Positions 9,760 through 19,437 of a DNA stretch of 48,062 nucleotides are shown here, in pieces; the stretch's first letter is position 1; every line of letters begins with the position of its first letter. The notes beneath the pieces were generated by a model. It had not been told where the DNA came from, did no database searches, and saw nothing but the letters and a program-made list of their open reading frames with translations. Source of the DNA: Candidatus Dojkabacteria bacterium (lineage in GTDB: Archaea > Nanobdellota > Nanobdellia > Pacearchaeales > GW2011-AR1). The translations under genes were made by a program, and so were the position numbers. Location of the stretch: positions 1 through 48,062 of the forward strand of contig JAFCCB010000004.1 of assembly GCA_017610445.1 (NCBI GenBank), written 5' to 3'.

Positions 9760-10215
9760 ATGTCAGAGATATTAGAAAAAATAATAAAGGAAAAGATAAG
9801 CGCAGACCATCTGCTTTATGTCAGTTTGAAATACACCAAAACCTGCGATGTAATGATTAATCTTATCAAAAGATGGAAAATAATGATTGATTGCTCTTTT
9901 GAAGGATTATTAGAAAAAGCAAAAAAGAAAAAAAAGATTAAAAAAATACCAACTGCTTCAAAACTAAAATTAGATGCAGTCAAAAAAAATTTCAAAAAAA
10001 TTCCAGAAGTTATGGATGTTGTTAAAGAATATGAAATGTTCAAATTAATTGATGCCTTAAAAAAAACAAAAGCTGGAGAATTCAGAAAAGGCGTCTGCTT
10101 AACAGTCACATACAAAGGCGAGGAAATCAGAATTGACTTGGACAAATTAAAAGAATACTCTGAAATCCTTGAAAGATTCATAAATTACACCAAAATTTTT
10201 CTTACTAGCAAATAA
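9760..10215 (+). CDS. Hypothetical helical protein (ADHxxYV motif)
   Basis: SADHLLYVSLKYTKT; strong SD gaggagagga upstream. Confidence 0.7.
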   Translation: MSEILEKIIKEKISADHLLYVSLKYTKTCDVMINLIKRWKIMIDCSFEGLLEKAKKKKKIKKIPTASKLKLDAVKKNFKKIPEVMDVVKEYEMFKLIDALKKTKAGEFRKGVCLTVTYKGEEIRIDLDKLKEYSEILERFINYTKIFLTSK

Positions 10216-10270
10216 ACAAATTCTAATTATCAAAGCGTTTATAAATCTCAAATCATAAATCAAATAAAAG

Positions 10271-11047
10271 ATGGCTAAAATATATGTAATAATTTCCGGA
10301 AAAGGGGGAGTAGGAAAAACAACTACCACAATTAACTTAGGAACTTCACTTAATTTATTAGGAGAAGAGGTAATTATTGTTGATGGAAATCTTACAACCC
10401 CAAATGTAGGAATTCATCTAGGAGCTCCAATAGTCCCAATAACTCTTAATCATGTTTTAAACGGACAGGCAAAATTAGAAGATGCAATCTACGAACACGA
10501 ATCAGGAACTAAAATCATCCCATCTTCTTTATCCTTAAAAGAAACAGAAAAAATAGATTATAAAAAATTCCCAGACATCGCAAAAAAACTAAAAAAAATA
10601 ACAAACCACATTTTAATTGACTCTGCAGCAGGATTAGGGCAGGAAGCAAAAACCCTAATACAAATTGCAGATGAAATTATTATTGTCACTAATCCTGAAA
10701 TGGCAGCAGTAACAGACGCCTTAAAGACAATAAAACTCACAGAAGAAATGAATAAACCAATAAAAGGGATTATAATAACAAGATGGAGAGGAGGAAAAAC
10801 AGAAATGTCAATCTCAAATATCCAGGATATGTTAGAAGCTCCTTTATTAGGAATTATCCCTGAAGAAGATTCAATCAGAGAATCTCAGGTTATGAAAAAT
10901 GCGGTAATTCACACTCACCCAAAATCAAAAGCAGCACAAAATTATGTCAATATCTCAAAAAGACTTTTAGGAAATAACATAAAAATTGAACCTCCAATAA
11001 CTCTTGGAGTTTGGGGGAGATTTTTTAGGGCTTTAGGATTAAAATAA
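10271..11047 (+). CDS. minD: MinD-family ATPase
   Basis: Deviant Walker A SGKGGVGKTT, IDSAAGLG, VTNPE; C-terminal amphipathic helix WGRFFRALGLK. Confidence 0.9.
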   Translation: MAKIYVIISGKGGVGKTTTTINLGTSLNLLGEEVIIVDGNLTTPNVGIHLGAPIVPITLNHVLNGQAKLEDAIYEHESGTKIIPSSLSLKETEKIDYKKFPDIAKKLKKITNHILIDSAAGLGQEAKTLIQIADEIIIVTNPEMAAVTDALKTIKLTEEMNKPIKGIIITRWRGGKTEMSISNIQDMLEAPLLGIIPEEDSIRESQVMKNAVIHTHPKSKAAQNYVNISKRLLGNNIKIEPPITLGVWGRFFRALGLK

Positions 11048-11207
11048 ATTTAAAAAATATATCAGTAATTTGCAAAATATAATGCTATAAAGATGAGTGT
11101 TTAAACTCAGTGAATAAGATATTCAAGCTCATTAAATTAGCTCCTCTACCTAACTCAATGTTTATAAGAATATAAAATAATAGAATAGATAAAATAAATT
11201 AATTAAT

Positions 11208-11540
11208 ATGGAAAACATATCATTCAGCGACTGGCAAAAACTAGACTTGCGGACAGCAGAAATCTTAGAAGTTGAAGATATAAAAGGGGCTGATAAATTA
11301 TACAAATTAAAAATAGATTTAGGAACAGAAACAAGAATTATTGTAGCAGGAATGAAACTTTATTACACTAAACAGGAATTAGAAGGTAAAAGATGTATTA
11401 TATTCACAAATCTTGAGCCAAAAATAATAAAGGGAATTGAATCAAAAGGTATGCTTTTAGCAGCATCAAATGATGACAAATCAGAAGTAAAACTTTTGCA
11501 ACCAGATGGAGCAATGATCTTAGGGAGTAAAGTTAGTTAA
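11208..11540 (+). CDS. Stand-alone tRNA-binding OB protein (MetRS C-terminal/Trbp111-like)
   Basis: KLDLR, GADKLYKLKIDLG, NLEPK...GIESKGMLLAA. Confidence 0.9.
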   Translation: MENISFSDWQKLDLRTAEILEVEDIKGADKLYKLKIDLGTETRIIVAGMKLYYTKQELEGKRCIIFTNLEPKIIKGIESKGMLLAASNDDKSEVKLLQPDGAMILGSKVS

Positions 11541-11911
11541 AAAATGCCTTCAGATAATTTTTCTGCCAGCTTAATATTCTTTTTAATTTCACCATCACTT
11601 AATATTCCTAATTGAGATTTACTTGAAATTTTAACAGGTCTGTCGTCTAAAGTTGGTAATCTAACACAATTATGCAAAGGGTCCAGAACATAAAACGTTT
11701 TTCCCCCTGCAGTAACCTCTTTATAAGGAACTGTTTGTTTATCTTTATCTCGATGAAAACAAGGGGCATTTTTTAACTGTGGAGCAATCTCAATTACTTC
11801 CTTTGGAGTAAAATGCTTAGCAGCAAATGAGTAATCAAATTTTTCAAATCTAATAGTAGGGGGTGTGGTATTTTTAAAATAAGCTATCTCAAATTTTTTT
11901 GTTGGACTCAT
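11537..11911 (-). CDS. Hypothetical protein
   Basis: 124 aa ORF downstream of metG; no motif recognised. Confidence 0.5.
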   Translation of the reverse strand: MSPTKKFEIAYFKNTTPPTIRFEKFDYSFAAKHFTPKEVIEIAPQLKNAPCFHRDKDKQTVPYKEVTAGGKTFYVLDPLHNCVRLPTLDDRPVKISSKSQLGILSDGEIKKNIKLAEKLSEGIF

Positions 11912-11972
11912 TTTTTTAATTAGCTTTAAGCTTATTTAAATAATATTGTATAGAAAAAGATATAAAAAATCT

Positions 11973-13394
11973 TCAAATCTTCTTAAACAAAATCTCCCCT
12001 TTCTTAATTTTCTTAATCTTAATTGATTTTTTAATTTCATTAAACTTAATCTTAAATCCAAACTGCTTTGCAATCTTCTCAGAAGTAGAAGGAATAAAAA
12101 CCCAAAGCAAAATCCCAATCACCTTAATACTATCAGCTAATTCATACAAAACTTTCTTATTCTTGCTCTCCCACGGCTTCTTTTTCTGAACATATTCATT
12201 GCAAACATCAATAAATTTAAAAATCAAATCAAGTGCTTTATTTAACTCAAAACCCTCAATCAATCGCTCAATCTCTTTCAGCCTCAATTTTTTCAAAAGT
12301 TTATTCTCACACTTTTCCAAACCATTTTTCTCAGCCAAAGCACTCACTCTTGAAATTAAATTACCAAGTTTATTTGCAAGTTCATTATTGTACCTTGAAA
12401 TTAAAATTTTTTCAGAATAATCAGAATCTTCAAATATAGAACTTCTTAATAAAGAATATCTGACAGCATCACAGCCATATTTCTTAATTAATCCAATCGG
12501 TTCAATCACATTTCCTAAACTTTTGCTTATTTTCTGTCCCCCCAAATTTAAATAACCATGAACTAATAATTTTTTAGGAAGTTTATACCCAGCAGACATT
12601 AAAATCCCAGGCCAAATAACAGAATGAAACCAATTAATTCCTTTTCCAATAACATGGACATCAGCAGGCCAATTCCCATCAGCACCAGAAACATAATTTA
12701 TTAAAGCATCAAACCAAACATAAATCTTAAATTTCTTATCAATTGAAGAATCAATTCCCCAATCCAAACCACTTCTTGAAACACACAAATCCCCCAACTC
12801 TTGGTTTTTCAATCTCGACAAAATTTCATTTTTTCTTTTTTCAGGAATAATATAATTCTCAATAAATTTAATTATTTTATTTTTATATTTGCTTAATTTA
12901 AAAAAATAAGCATCTTCAGAAATCTTTTCAGGAACTTTGTCGTGTTCAGGGCATTTCCCGTCAACTAAATCTTTTTCAGTAATAAATGACTCACAACCAA
13001 CACAATAAAGCCCCTCATATTTTCCTTTGTAAATTTCTCCTTTATCATAAACTTTTTTAAAAATCTCCTGGGCTTTTTTTACATGTTTTTTTTCAGTTGT
13101 TCTGATAAAATCATCATATTTTATGTTCAACTTCTCGCACAATTCAATAAAAATTTTAGAATTTTTATCTACAAATTTCTGAACATCAACCCCTTTTTCT
13201 TTTGCAGCCTGAACATTTTTCTGTGCATTTTCATCAGTCCCAGTTAAAAACCAAACCCTCTCTCCCTTTAACTTATGCCAACGAGCTAAAGCATCAGCTA
13301 TAACTTTCTCAAATGCATGCCCAATATGCGGACGAGCATTTACATAATCAATCGCAGTTGTAATATAAAATTTCTTGCTAACCATAAAAACCAT
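11973..13394 (-). CDS. metG: Methionine--tRNA ligase, short form without the C-terminal OB domain
   Basis: FYITTAIDYVN, HIGH, GTDE, Zn knuckle (CVGC...CPEH), YVWFDAL, KISKS. Confidence 0.95.
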   Translation of the reverse strand: MVFMVSKKFYITTAIDYVNARPHIGHAFEKVIADALARWHKLKGERVWFLTGTDENAQKNVQAAKEKGVDVQKFVDKNSKIFIELCEKLNIKYDDFIRTTEKKHVKKAQEIFKKVYDKGEIYKGKYEGLYCVGCESFITEKDLVDGKCPEHDKVPEKISEDAYFFKLSKYKNKIIKFIENYIIPEKRKNEILSRLKNQELGDLCVSRSGLDWGIDSSIDKKFKIYVWFDALINYVSGADGNWPADVHVIGKGINWFHSVIWPGILMSAGYKLPKKLLVHGYLNLGGQKISKSLGNVIEPIGLIKKYGCDAVRYSLLRSSIFEDSDYSEKILISRYNNELANKLGNLISRVSALAEKNGLEKCENKLLKKLRLKEIERLIEGFELNKALDLIFKFIDVCNEYVQKKKPWESKNKKVLYELADSIKVIGILLWVFIPSTSEKIAKQFGFKIKFNEIKKSIKIKKIKKGEILFKKI

Positions 13395-13465
13395 AAAAAA
13401 TAAGAATATAAAAACCTAACTAAACTACATATTTTAGAGATTACTAAGGGATATACCCTTAGAAT

Positions 13466-13536
13466 GCATCCTTAGTTTAGTGGCAGAATCGGAGCTTCCC
13501 AAGTTCCAGGCGCGAGTTCAATTCTCGCAGGGTGCA
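13466..13536 (+). tRNA. tRNA-Gly (CCC)
   Basis: Acceptor gcatcct/agggtgc; anticodon arm ggagc-ttCCCaa-gttcc; T arm gcgag-ttcaatt-ctcgc. Confidence 0.93.
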
Positions 13537-13633
13537 TTTAACTCTTTAATAAATAAAATAAAAATGCATCGTGCGAGTAGCAGGGTGCATCTCTTTTCAC
13601 AACATTTATTAATTCTAAAAATTTTAATAAAAC

Positions 13634-14977
13634 ATGAATTCAAAAAAAAGGAGAATTAGAAAGTTGCAGAGAAAATCAAGACACTTTTCCATAAAAGAAG
13701 GTATTTTTGCAACAATCAAAAATTCATTTGGAAATTCTTATATTACTCCTTTTGCAGTTGCAATCAACGCAAGCAGCTCTTTAATTGCAATGCTTTCTTC
13801 TGTTACAGGATTATTAGGTCCAATAAGCCAATGGCAAAGTTCAAGATTAACTGAAAAATATTCAAGAAAAAAAATAATAACAATTTCTATCTTTTTTGAA
13901 TCATTAATGTGGATTCCCTTAATCATTTTGGCATTTTTATTTTACAAAGGAATAATAATTTCCACACTTCCTTTATTGCTTTTAATTTTTTTCTCAATTT
14001 ATGTAATCATTGCAAACATCGGAGCTCCTGCCTGGTTCTCATGGATGGGAGATGTAGTTGATAAAAACTATCGGGGAAAATGGTTCTCAAAACGGAATCT
14101 TATCATAGGGATATTTACTGTAATCTTCACAATCTTAGCAGCATTTTTTCTGGATTTTTTCAAGAAAAACAAATGCATAATGCTAGGATTTATGATATTA
14201 TTTTTCTTAGCAATGGTTTCAAGATTAATCTGCATTTATTATTTTAAAAAAACACCTGAACCAAAACAAAAAATAAACAAAAAAAATTACTTTAGTCTAT
14301 GGAAATTTTTAAAAAAAGCCCCTTCAAATAATTTCGGAAAATTCACAATCTTCAAAGCATCAACTTCTTTTGCAGTATTCATCGCCAGCCCATTATTTGC
14401 AGTTTATATGCTAAGAAATTTAGGTTTTAGTTATGTAACTTTTATGACAATTCTTCTTTCTCAAACAATATTCGGGCTGATAATAATAAAACAATGGGGA
14501 AAATTCGCAGACAAATATGGAAACTATAAAGCCCTGAAAATAACCTCTGTTTTAATTTCAATTTATCCAATTTTATGGCTGATTTCAGACTCGCCAATTT
14601 TCTTAATTTTCTGCCCTGCTTTAATCGGGGGAATCGGTTGGGCAGGATTCAACCTGTCAGCAGGAAACTTTATTTACGATTCTGTCACACCAAAAAAAAG
14701 AGCATTGGCAGTTTCATATTACAATTTATTAAATGGCATAGGGATATTCCTCGGAGCAGGACTTGGAGCCATATTAATAAAAATCCTGTCAATCAATTTC
14801 ATAGATAAATTACTTTTCATTTTCTTAATATCTAGTTTTGCAAGAATAACTGTCAATTTAATTCTGCTTCCTTCTTTCAAAGAAATAAGAAAAACAAAAA
14901 AATTCAATTCAAAAAAAATCATAGAAAAAGTTATTCACCACAAAATCCAGCTTTCTTTTTTCAGAGAACCTCATTAA
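13634..14977 (+). CDS. MFS transporter
   Basis: About 12 hydrophobic helices; WGKFADKYG motif-A-like loop. Confidence 0.85.
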   Translation: MNSKKRRIRKLQRKSRHFSIKEGIFATIKNSFGNSYITPFAVAINASSSLIAMLSSVTGLLGPISQWQSSRLTEKYSRKKIITISIFFESLMWIPLIILAFLFYKGIIISTLPLLLLIFFSIYVIIANIGAPAWFSWMGDVVDKNYRGKWFSKRNLIIGIFTVIFTILAAFFLDFFKKNKCIMLGFMILFFLAMVSRLICIYYFKKTPEPKQKINKKNYFSLWKFLKKAPSNNFGKFTIFKASTSFAVFIASPLFAVYMLRNLGFSYVTFMTILLSQTIFGLIIIKQWGKFADKYGNYKALKITSVLISIYPILWLISDSPIFLIFCPALIGGIGWAGFNLSAGNFIYDSVTPKKRALAVSYYNLLNGIGIFLGAGLGAILIKILSINFIDKLLFIFLISSFARITVNLILLPSFKEIRKTKKFNSKKIIEKVIHHKIQLSFFREPH

Positions 14978-15633
14978 TTAACCTCTAACTCTCCCTTAAC
15001 CTCTCTTGCATACTTGCCTGCTAAATGCATTGGCTCTGGTAATTTGTGAGGGAGATTAATAAACTGCCTGCAAAGTTCAAGAGAGGTTTGAATACTTATC
15101 AAATTCCCAGGACTAACATACATTTTTCTGCTCCCTGGTTTGCTTGTAAAAATTTTTCCGACTTTTTTCCCTCCTTTTATAATGTCCTCCCCTTTTTCCT
15201 CACAGCCAAAAATAGAATTTGAAACTCCAATACTTGGAACATCAGCAAAAATCGAAAAATGACTCGCTAACCCAAACCGTGAATGAGTAATTCCCATACC
15301 AGAAATAAAAACAACATCTGGCTTTTCTTTTAATTTATTAAATGCAAGCATCATCGCAGGCAATTCTCTGTAAGCCCTAAATCCTGCAAGATAAGGAAAA
15401 TCTGTTTTCTTAAATGCATAAGCTCTGTCAACAACTTCCAGATTCCTGTTGCAAACAATTACACAGCTAAAAATTTTATTTTTAATAAAAGTGTTAAAAA
15501 AAGCCCCGAACCTATCAGCCAAAGAAAAATCCATTTTATCTTTAATCTTCAACTGCTTTGCCAATTTCAATTGCTCTTTCTCAAGCTTCTCAACATCAAT
15601 ATTGTATCTCTTAATTAACTCATCTCTTTCCAT
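14974..15633 (-). CDS. nfi: Endonuclease V homolog with degenerate active site
   Basis: FPYLAGFRAYRELP, G.G..H.RFGLASH, PSIGV, YVSPG, KLPEP motifs. Confidence 0.82.
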   Translation of the reverse strand: MERDELIKRYNIDVEKLEKEQLKLAKQLKIKDKMDFSLADRFGAFFNTFIKNKIFSCVIVCNRNLEVVDRAYAFKKTDFPYLAGFRAYRELPAMMLAFNKLKEKPDVVFISGMGITHSRFGLASHFSIFADVPSIGVSNSIFGCEEKGEDIIKGGKKVGKIFTSKPGSRKMYVSPGNLISIQTSLELCRQFINLPHKLPEPMHLAGKYAREVKGELEVN

Positions 15634-15695
15634 AGACTATCCAAAGATTTAAATATTAAAAAACTTTCCCTTAAAAGGTTGTGTATTCTAATAAA

Positions 15696-16328
15696 ATGTT
15701 CAAAAAAAAATGCCCGAAATGTAATAGAAAAATAGAAAAGAACTGTAGATTCTGTCCTTTTTGCGGACAGGACTTAAACTCAAAATACGATAAAAAAAAT
15801 TACGGGCTACTTGGAAAAGATGATTTTGATGACAGTTTTGAATCTATGTTTAATAATGTTAATCATATTCCAATAAACAAAATTCTAAAAACTGCTATGA
15901 AAATGACTGAAAAAATGATGAGAAATATACCTGAACAACCAAAAGAGCATTATAATAACATGGACATTCAGTTTTTCGTGAATGGAAAAAGAGTTTTTCC
16001 TAAAAAAACACAAATAAGAAAGGAAATTCAAAAACCAATAAAAATAGAACAAAATATGTCAAAAGAAAAAGCAAAACAATTTGCAAAACTCCCAAGAAAA
16101 GAGCCAAAAACAAAAATGAAACGGCTATCAGGAAAATTAATTTATGAACTCGAACTTCCAGGAGTTAAAAACATAAACGATATCCTAATAAACCAATTAG
16201 AAAACTCAATTGAAATCAAAGCGCTTTCAAAAAAGAAAGTTTACACAAAAATCCTTAATATGAATCTTCCAATTTTAAATTACTCTTTAAATAAAGAAAA
16301 CCTAATTCTTGAGTTGCAGGCGAGATAA
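15696..16328 (+). CDS. Double zinc-ribbon + Hsp20-like domain protein
   Basis: CPKC...CPFCG N-terminus; YELELPGVK...IEIKA alpha-crystallin-like C-terminus. Confidence 0.75.
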   Translation: MFKKKCPKCNRKIEKNCRFCPFCGQDLNSKYDKKNYGLLGKDDFDDSFESMFNNVNHIPINKILKTAMKMTEKMMRNIPEQPKEHYNNMDIQFFVNGKRVFPKKTQIRKEIQKPIKIEQNMSKEKAKQFAKLPRKEPKTKMKRLSGKLIYELELPGVKNINDILINQLENSIEIKALSKKKVYTKILNMNLPILNYSLNKENLILELQAR

Positions 16329-16545
16329 CTTAAATTACTAATTTAAACATATAATAAAATTTAGGTTATTGAGCAGAGATAACTTAAATTACTAATTTAA
16401 ACATATAATAAAATTTAGGTTATTGAGCAGAGATAGAGCAGAGATAACTTAAATTACTAATTTAAACATATAATAAAATTTAGGTTATTGAGCAGAGATA
16501 ACTTAAATTACTAATTTAAACATATAATAGAATTTAGGTTATTGA
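16322..16545. repeat. Tandem repeat, 4 x 54 bp, with an internal palindrome
   Basis: Unit gagataacttaaattactaatttaaacatataataaaatttaggttattgagca at 16322, 16376, 16441 and 16495; 11-bp gagatagagca insert at 16430..16440. Confidence 0.95.
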
Positions 16546-16596
16546 AAAGAAATAAAAACAATAAACTTATAAATTGAAATAAACAATTATTTCTAT

Positions 16597-16671
16597 GAGC
16601 CTGTAGCTCAGTCTGGTTAGAGCACTACTCTGATAAGGTAGGGGTCCTCAGTTCAAATCTGAGCAGGCTCA
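16597..16671 (+). tRNA. tRNA-Ile (GAT)
   Basis: Acceptor gagcctg/caggctc; anticodon arm ctact-ctGATaa-ggtag; T arm ctcag-ttcaaat-ctgag. Confidence 0.95.
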
Positions 16672-16792
16672 TTTTAAATAAATAACTTTAAAAACCAAAT
16701 TTATTACTCAATAATATCAATATCTTTATAAAATAAAAGCTACTCAAAACATAGTTTAAAATTTATAAGATTAACAGAAAACAACATAAAAC

Positions 16793-17365
16793 ATGGCAAA
16801 AGGATTACACTATTATTTAAAACAGGCTTGGAAAAAACCAGATATAAAAATTCTAAGACAAAGAATGATTGAATGGAGAAAAGGCAATACAATTGTAAAA
16901 ATTGACAAACCACTAAGATTAAACAGAGCCCACTCTCTTGGATACAAAGCAAAAAAAGGATTTATAATTGCAAGAATAAGAATTCAAAGAGGGGGAAGAA
17001 AAAGAAAAAAACCAGTTAAAGGAAGAAAAACAAGAAGACAAAGCAATAAAAAAATCCTTAAAATGAATTACAAATGGGTTGCAGAACAAAGAGTTCAAAG
17101 AAAATTCAAAAATTTAGAAGTTCTCAATTCTTACAATATCGGAAAAGATGGGAAATATTATTTTTATGAGGTTATTTTAATTGACCCAAACAGACAAGAA
17201 ATAAAAAAAGACAAACAAATGTCTTGGATAACAAAAAAGAAAAATAAAAACAGAGTTTTCAGAGGATTAACATCTGCTGGAAAAAAGTCAAGAGGTTTAA
17301 GAAGCAAATCTCCAATGAACAAAAACCGCCCAAGTGTAAGAGCTGGAAAAAGAAGAGGGAAATAA
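16793..17365 (+). CDS. rpl15e: 50S ribosomal protein L15e
   Basis: RAHSLGYKAKKG, NLEVLNSY, RVFRGLTSAGKKSRGL. Confidence 0.97.
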   Translation: MAKGLHYYLKQAWKKPDIKILRQRMIEWRKGNTIVKIDKPLRLNRAHSLGYKAKKGFIIARIRIQRGGRKRKKPVKGRKTRRQSNKKILKMNYKWVAEQRVQRKFKNLEVLNSYNIGKDGKYYFYEVILIDPNRQEIKKDKQMSWITKKKNKNRVFRGLTSAGKKSRGLRSKSPMNKNRPSVRAGKRRGK

Positions 17366-17551
17366 TTAATCAATTCTTATTGCTTCTCTAAAATCATCTA
17401 ATAATGGTTCTATAAACTCAGTATTATAAAAGCTTTGTTTACAATCTTCATAAGGTCCTAATCTCTCTGCCCTTTCTTTTTCCTCTCTTTTAAATTGTTC
17501 AGGAAGATAATGTCTAAAAATCTCCCGAACAGACCTAAATATTTTAACCAT
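17366..17551 (-). CDS. Small hypothetical protein
   Basis: 61 aa ORF with a TATA-like tttaaata shortly upstream. Confidence 0.4.
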   Translation of the reverse strand: MVKIFRSVREIFRHYLPEQFKREEKERAERLGPYEDCKQSFYNTEFIEPLLDDFREAIRID

Positions 17552-17730
17552 AATAATAAAATATGAAACAAATATTTAAAGATTTGTATAAAAACCTTAA
17601 TAAACTAAAAGATTTTCTTAATATTAATTAAAAAGAACTGATAACTTATAAAATATTCACTATGAAAATAAGAATATAAACTATTAATCAACTCAGCTAA
17701 AAGTTTTATAAAATATAAGTTAAATAAAAA

Positions 17731-19437
17731 ATGCAATATTCAAAACTCTGCGAAACATATGAAGATTTAGAAAAAAATCCAAGCAGATTAAAAAAAACAG
17801 AAATCCTTTCAAAATTTTTTAAACCATTAAAAAAAGAAAAAGATAAACAAATCATTTATCTTCTTCAGGGAAAAGTTTATCCAGATTATGATGAAAGAGA
17901 ATTTGGAATTTCAGAACAGTTATGCATTAAAGCATTAGAAAAATCTTCAGGAGTATCAAAAAAAGAAATAATAAACCACTGGAGAAAAATAGGAGATTTG
18001 GGGAAAGTTGCAGAACAAGTAATTGGAAATAAAAAACAAAATACATTATTCTCTCATAAACTTACAACAGATAAAGTTCTTGACAATTTAAAAAAACTCC
18101 CAGAACTTCAGGGAAAAGGAGCAGTGGACAAAAAATTATCATTAATATCAGAACTGCTGACTTCTGCAACAGGAACAGAAGCAAAATATATTATAAGAAC
18201 ATTAATAGGGCAATTAAGAATTGGTGTTGCATCTGGAACAATAAGAGATAGTATTGTGGAAAGTTGTCTGGAAAAAAATAAAGAAAACACAGAAGCTGTT
18301 CAAGATGCATATAACAAAACAACAGATTTTGCATTAGTTTTTGAAAAAGCCTGTAAAGGAATTAAAGAATTAAAAAAAGTAACTTTATCTCCAGGACATC
18401 CAATAAAAGCCATGCTCGCATTAAAAGCAGATAGTATTGAAGATGGATTTAAAAGAGTTGGAAAACCAGCAATTTTTGAATACAAATATGATGGATTTAG
18501 AATGATTATTAATAAAGATGAAAAAGGAAAAATTAATATTTTTACAAGGAGATTAGATAATGTCACAAATCAATTTCCAGATGTTGTTGAATACATTCAA
18601 AAATATATAAATGCAAAATCATTTATTATAGATTCAGAAGCAGTTGGTTATGACAAAAAAACAAAAAAATACACTCCTTTTCAGGCAGTCTCACAAAGAA
18701 TAAAAAGAAAACATAATATCCAGGAATTAGTTAAAAAACTTCCGATAGAAATTAATGCTTTTGATATTCTTTATTATAATGGAAAAGAATTAATCAGCGA
18801 ACCTTTTGAAAAAAGAACTAAAATTCTAAGAAAATTAATTCAAAATCATAAGTATAAAATAAGAACCGCTCATCAATTAATAACAAGCAGTGAAAAAAAA
18901 GCAGATAAATTTTACAAACAAGCATTAAAAAATAATCAAGAAGGATTAATGATTAAAAACAAAGATTCAAAATATCAGCCAGGAGCAAGGGTTGGGCATA
19001 TGCTAAAACTTAAACCTGCTGAAAATGAATTAGATTTAGTTATTACAGGCGCTGAATATGGAAAAGGAAAAAGAGCAGGCTCATATGCAACATTTACTCT
19101 TTCATGTTTAGATGAAAAAAACAATAAGTTTGTAGAAATAGGAAAATCATCTGGATTAAAAGAAAAACCAGAGTTAGGACTTTCATTCACAGAACTAACA
19201 AAAAAACTCAAACCACTAATCACAAAAGAACATGGAAGAAAAGTAAATATCCAACCAAAAATAGTTGTGACAATTTTGTATCAAAACATCCAGCGCTCTC
19301 CAACCTATAAATCAGGTTTTGCCCTGCGATTTCCAAGAATAACCCAACTTCGTCCAGATAGAAAAGCAGATGATTGCGCAACACTTTCAGAAATCACAAA
19401 AGGTTATAATAGGCATGAATTAAAAATACATTACTAA
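17731..19437 (+). CDS. lig: ATP-dependent DNA ligase
   Basis: EYKYDGFR, EGLMIK, ALRFPRI motifs. Confidence 0.96.
   Translation: MQYSKLCETYEDLEKNPSRLKKTEILSKFFKPLKKEKDKQIIYLLQGKVYPDYDEREFGISEQLCIKALEKSSGVSKKEIINHWRKIGDLGKVAEQVIGNKKQNTLFSHKLTTDKVLDNLKKLPELQGKGAVDKKLSLISELLTSATGTEAKYIIRTLIGQLRIGVASGTIRDSIVESCLEKNKENTEAVQDAYNKTTDFALVFEKACKGIKELKKVTLSPGHPIKAMLALKADSIEDGFKRVGKPAIFEYKYDGFRMIINKDEKGKINIFTRRLDNVTNQFPDVVEYIQKYINAKSFIIDSEAVGYDKKTKKYTPFQAVSQRIKRKHNIQELVKKLPIEINAFDILYYNGKELISEPFEKRTKILRKLIQNHKYKIRTAHQLITSSEKKADKFYKQALKNNQEGLMIKNKDSKYQPGARVGHMLKLKPAENELDLVITGAEYGKGKRAGSYATFTLSCLDEKNNKFVEIGKSSGLKEKPELGLSFTELTKKLKPLITKEHGRKVNIQPKIVVTILYQNIQRSPTYKSGFALRFPRITQLRPDRKADDCATLSEITKGYNRHELKIHY

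Noticed and set aside
16322..16545. CRISPR array
   Set aside because: The units are contiguous 54-mers with no unique spacers, and there are no cas genes in the window
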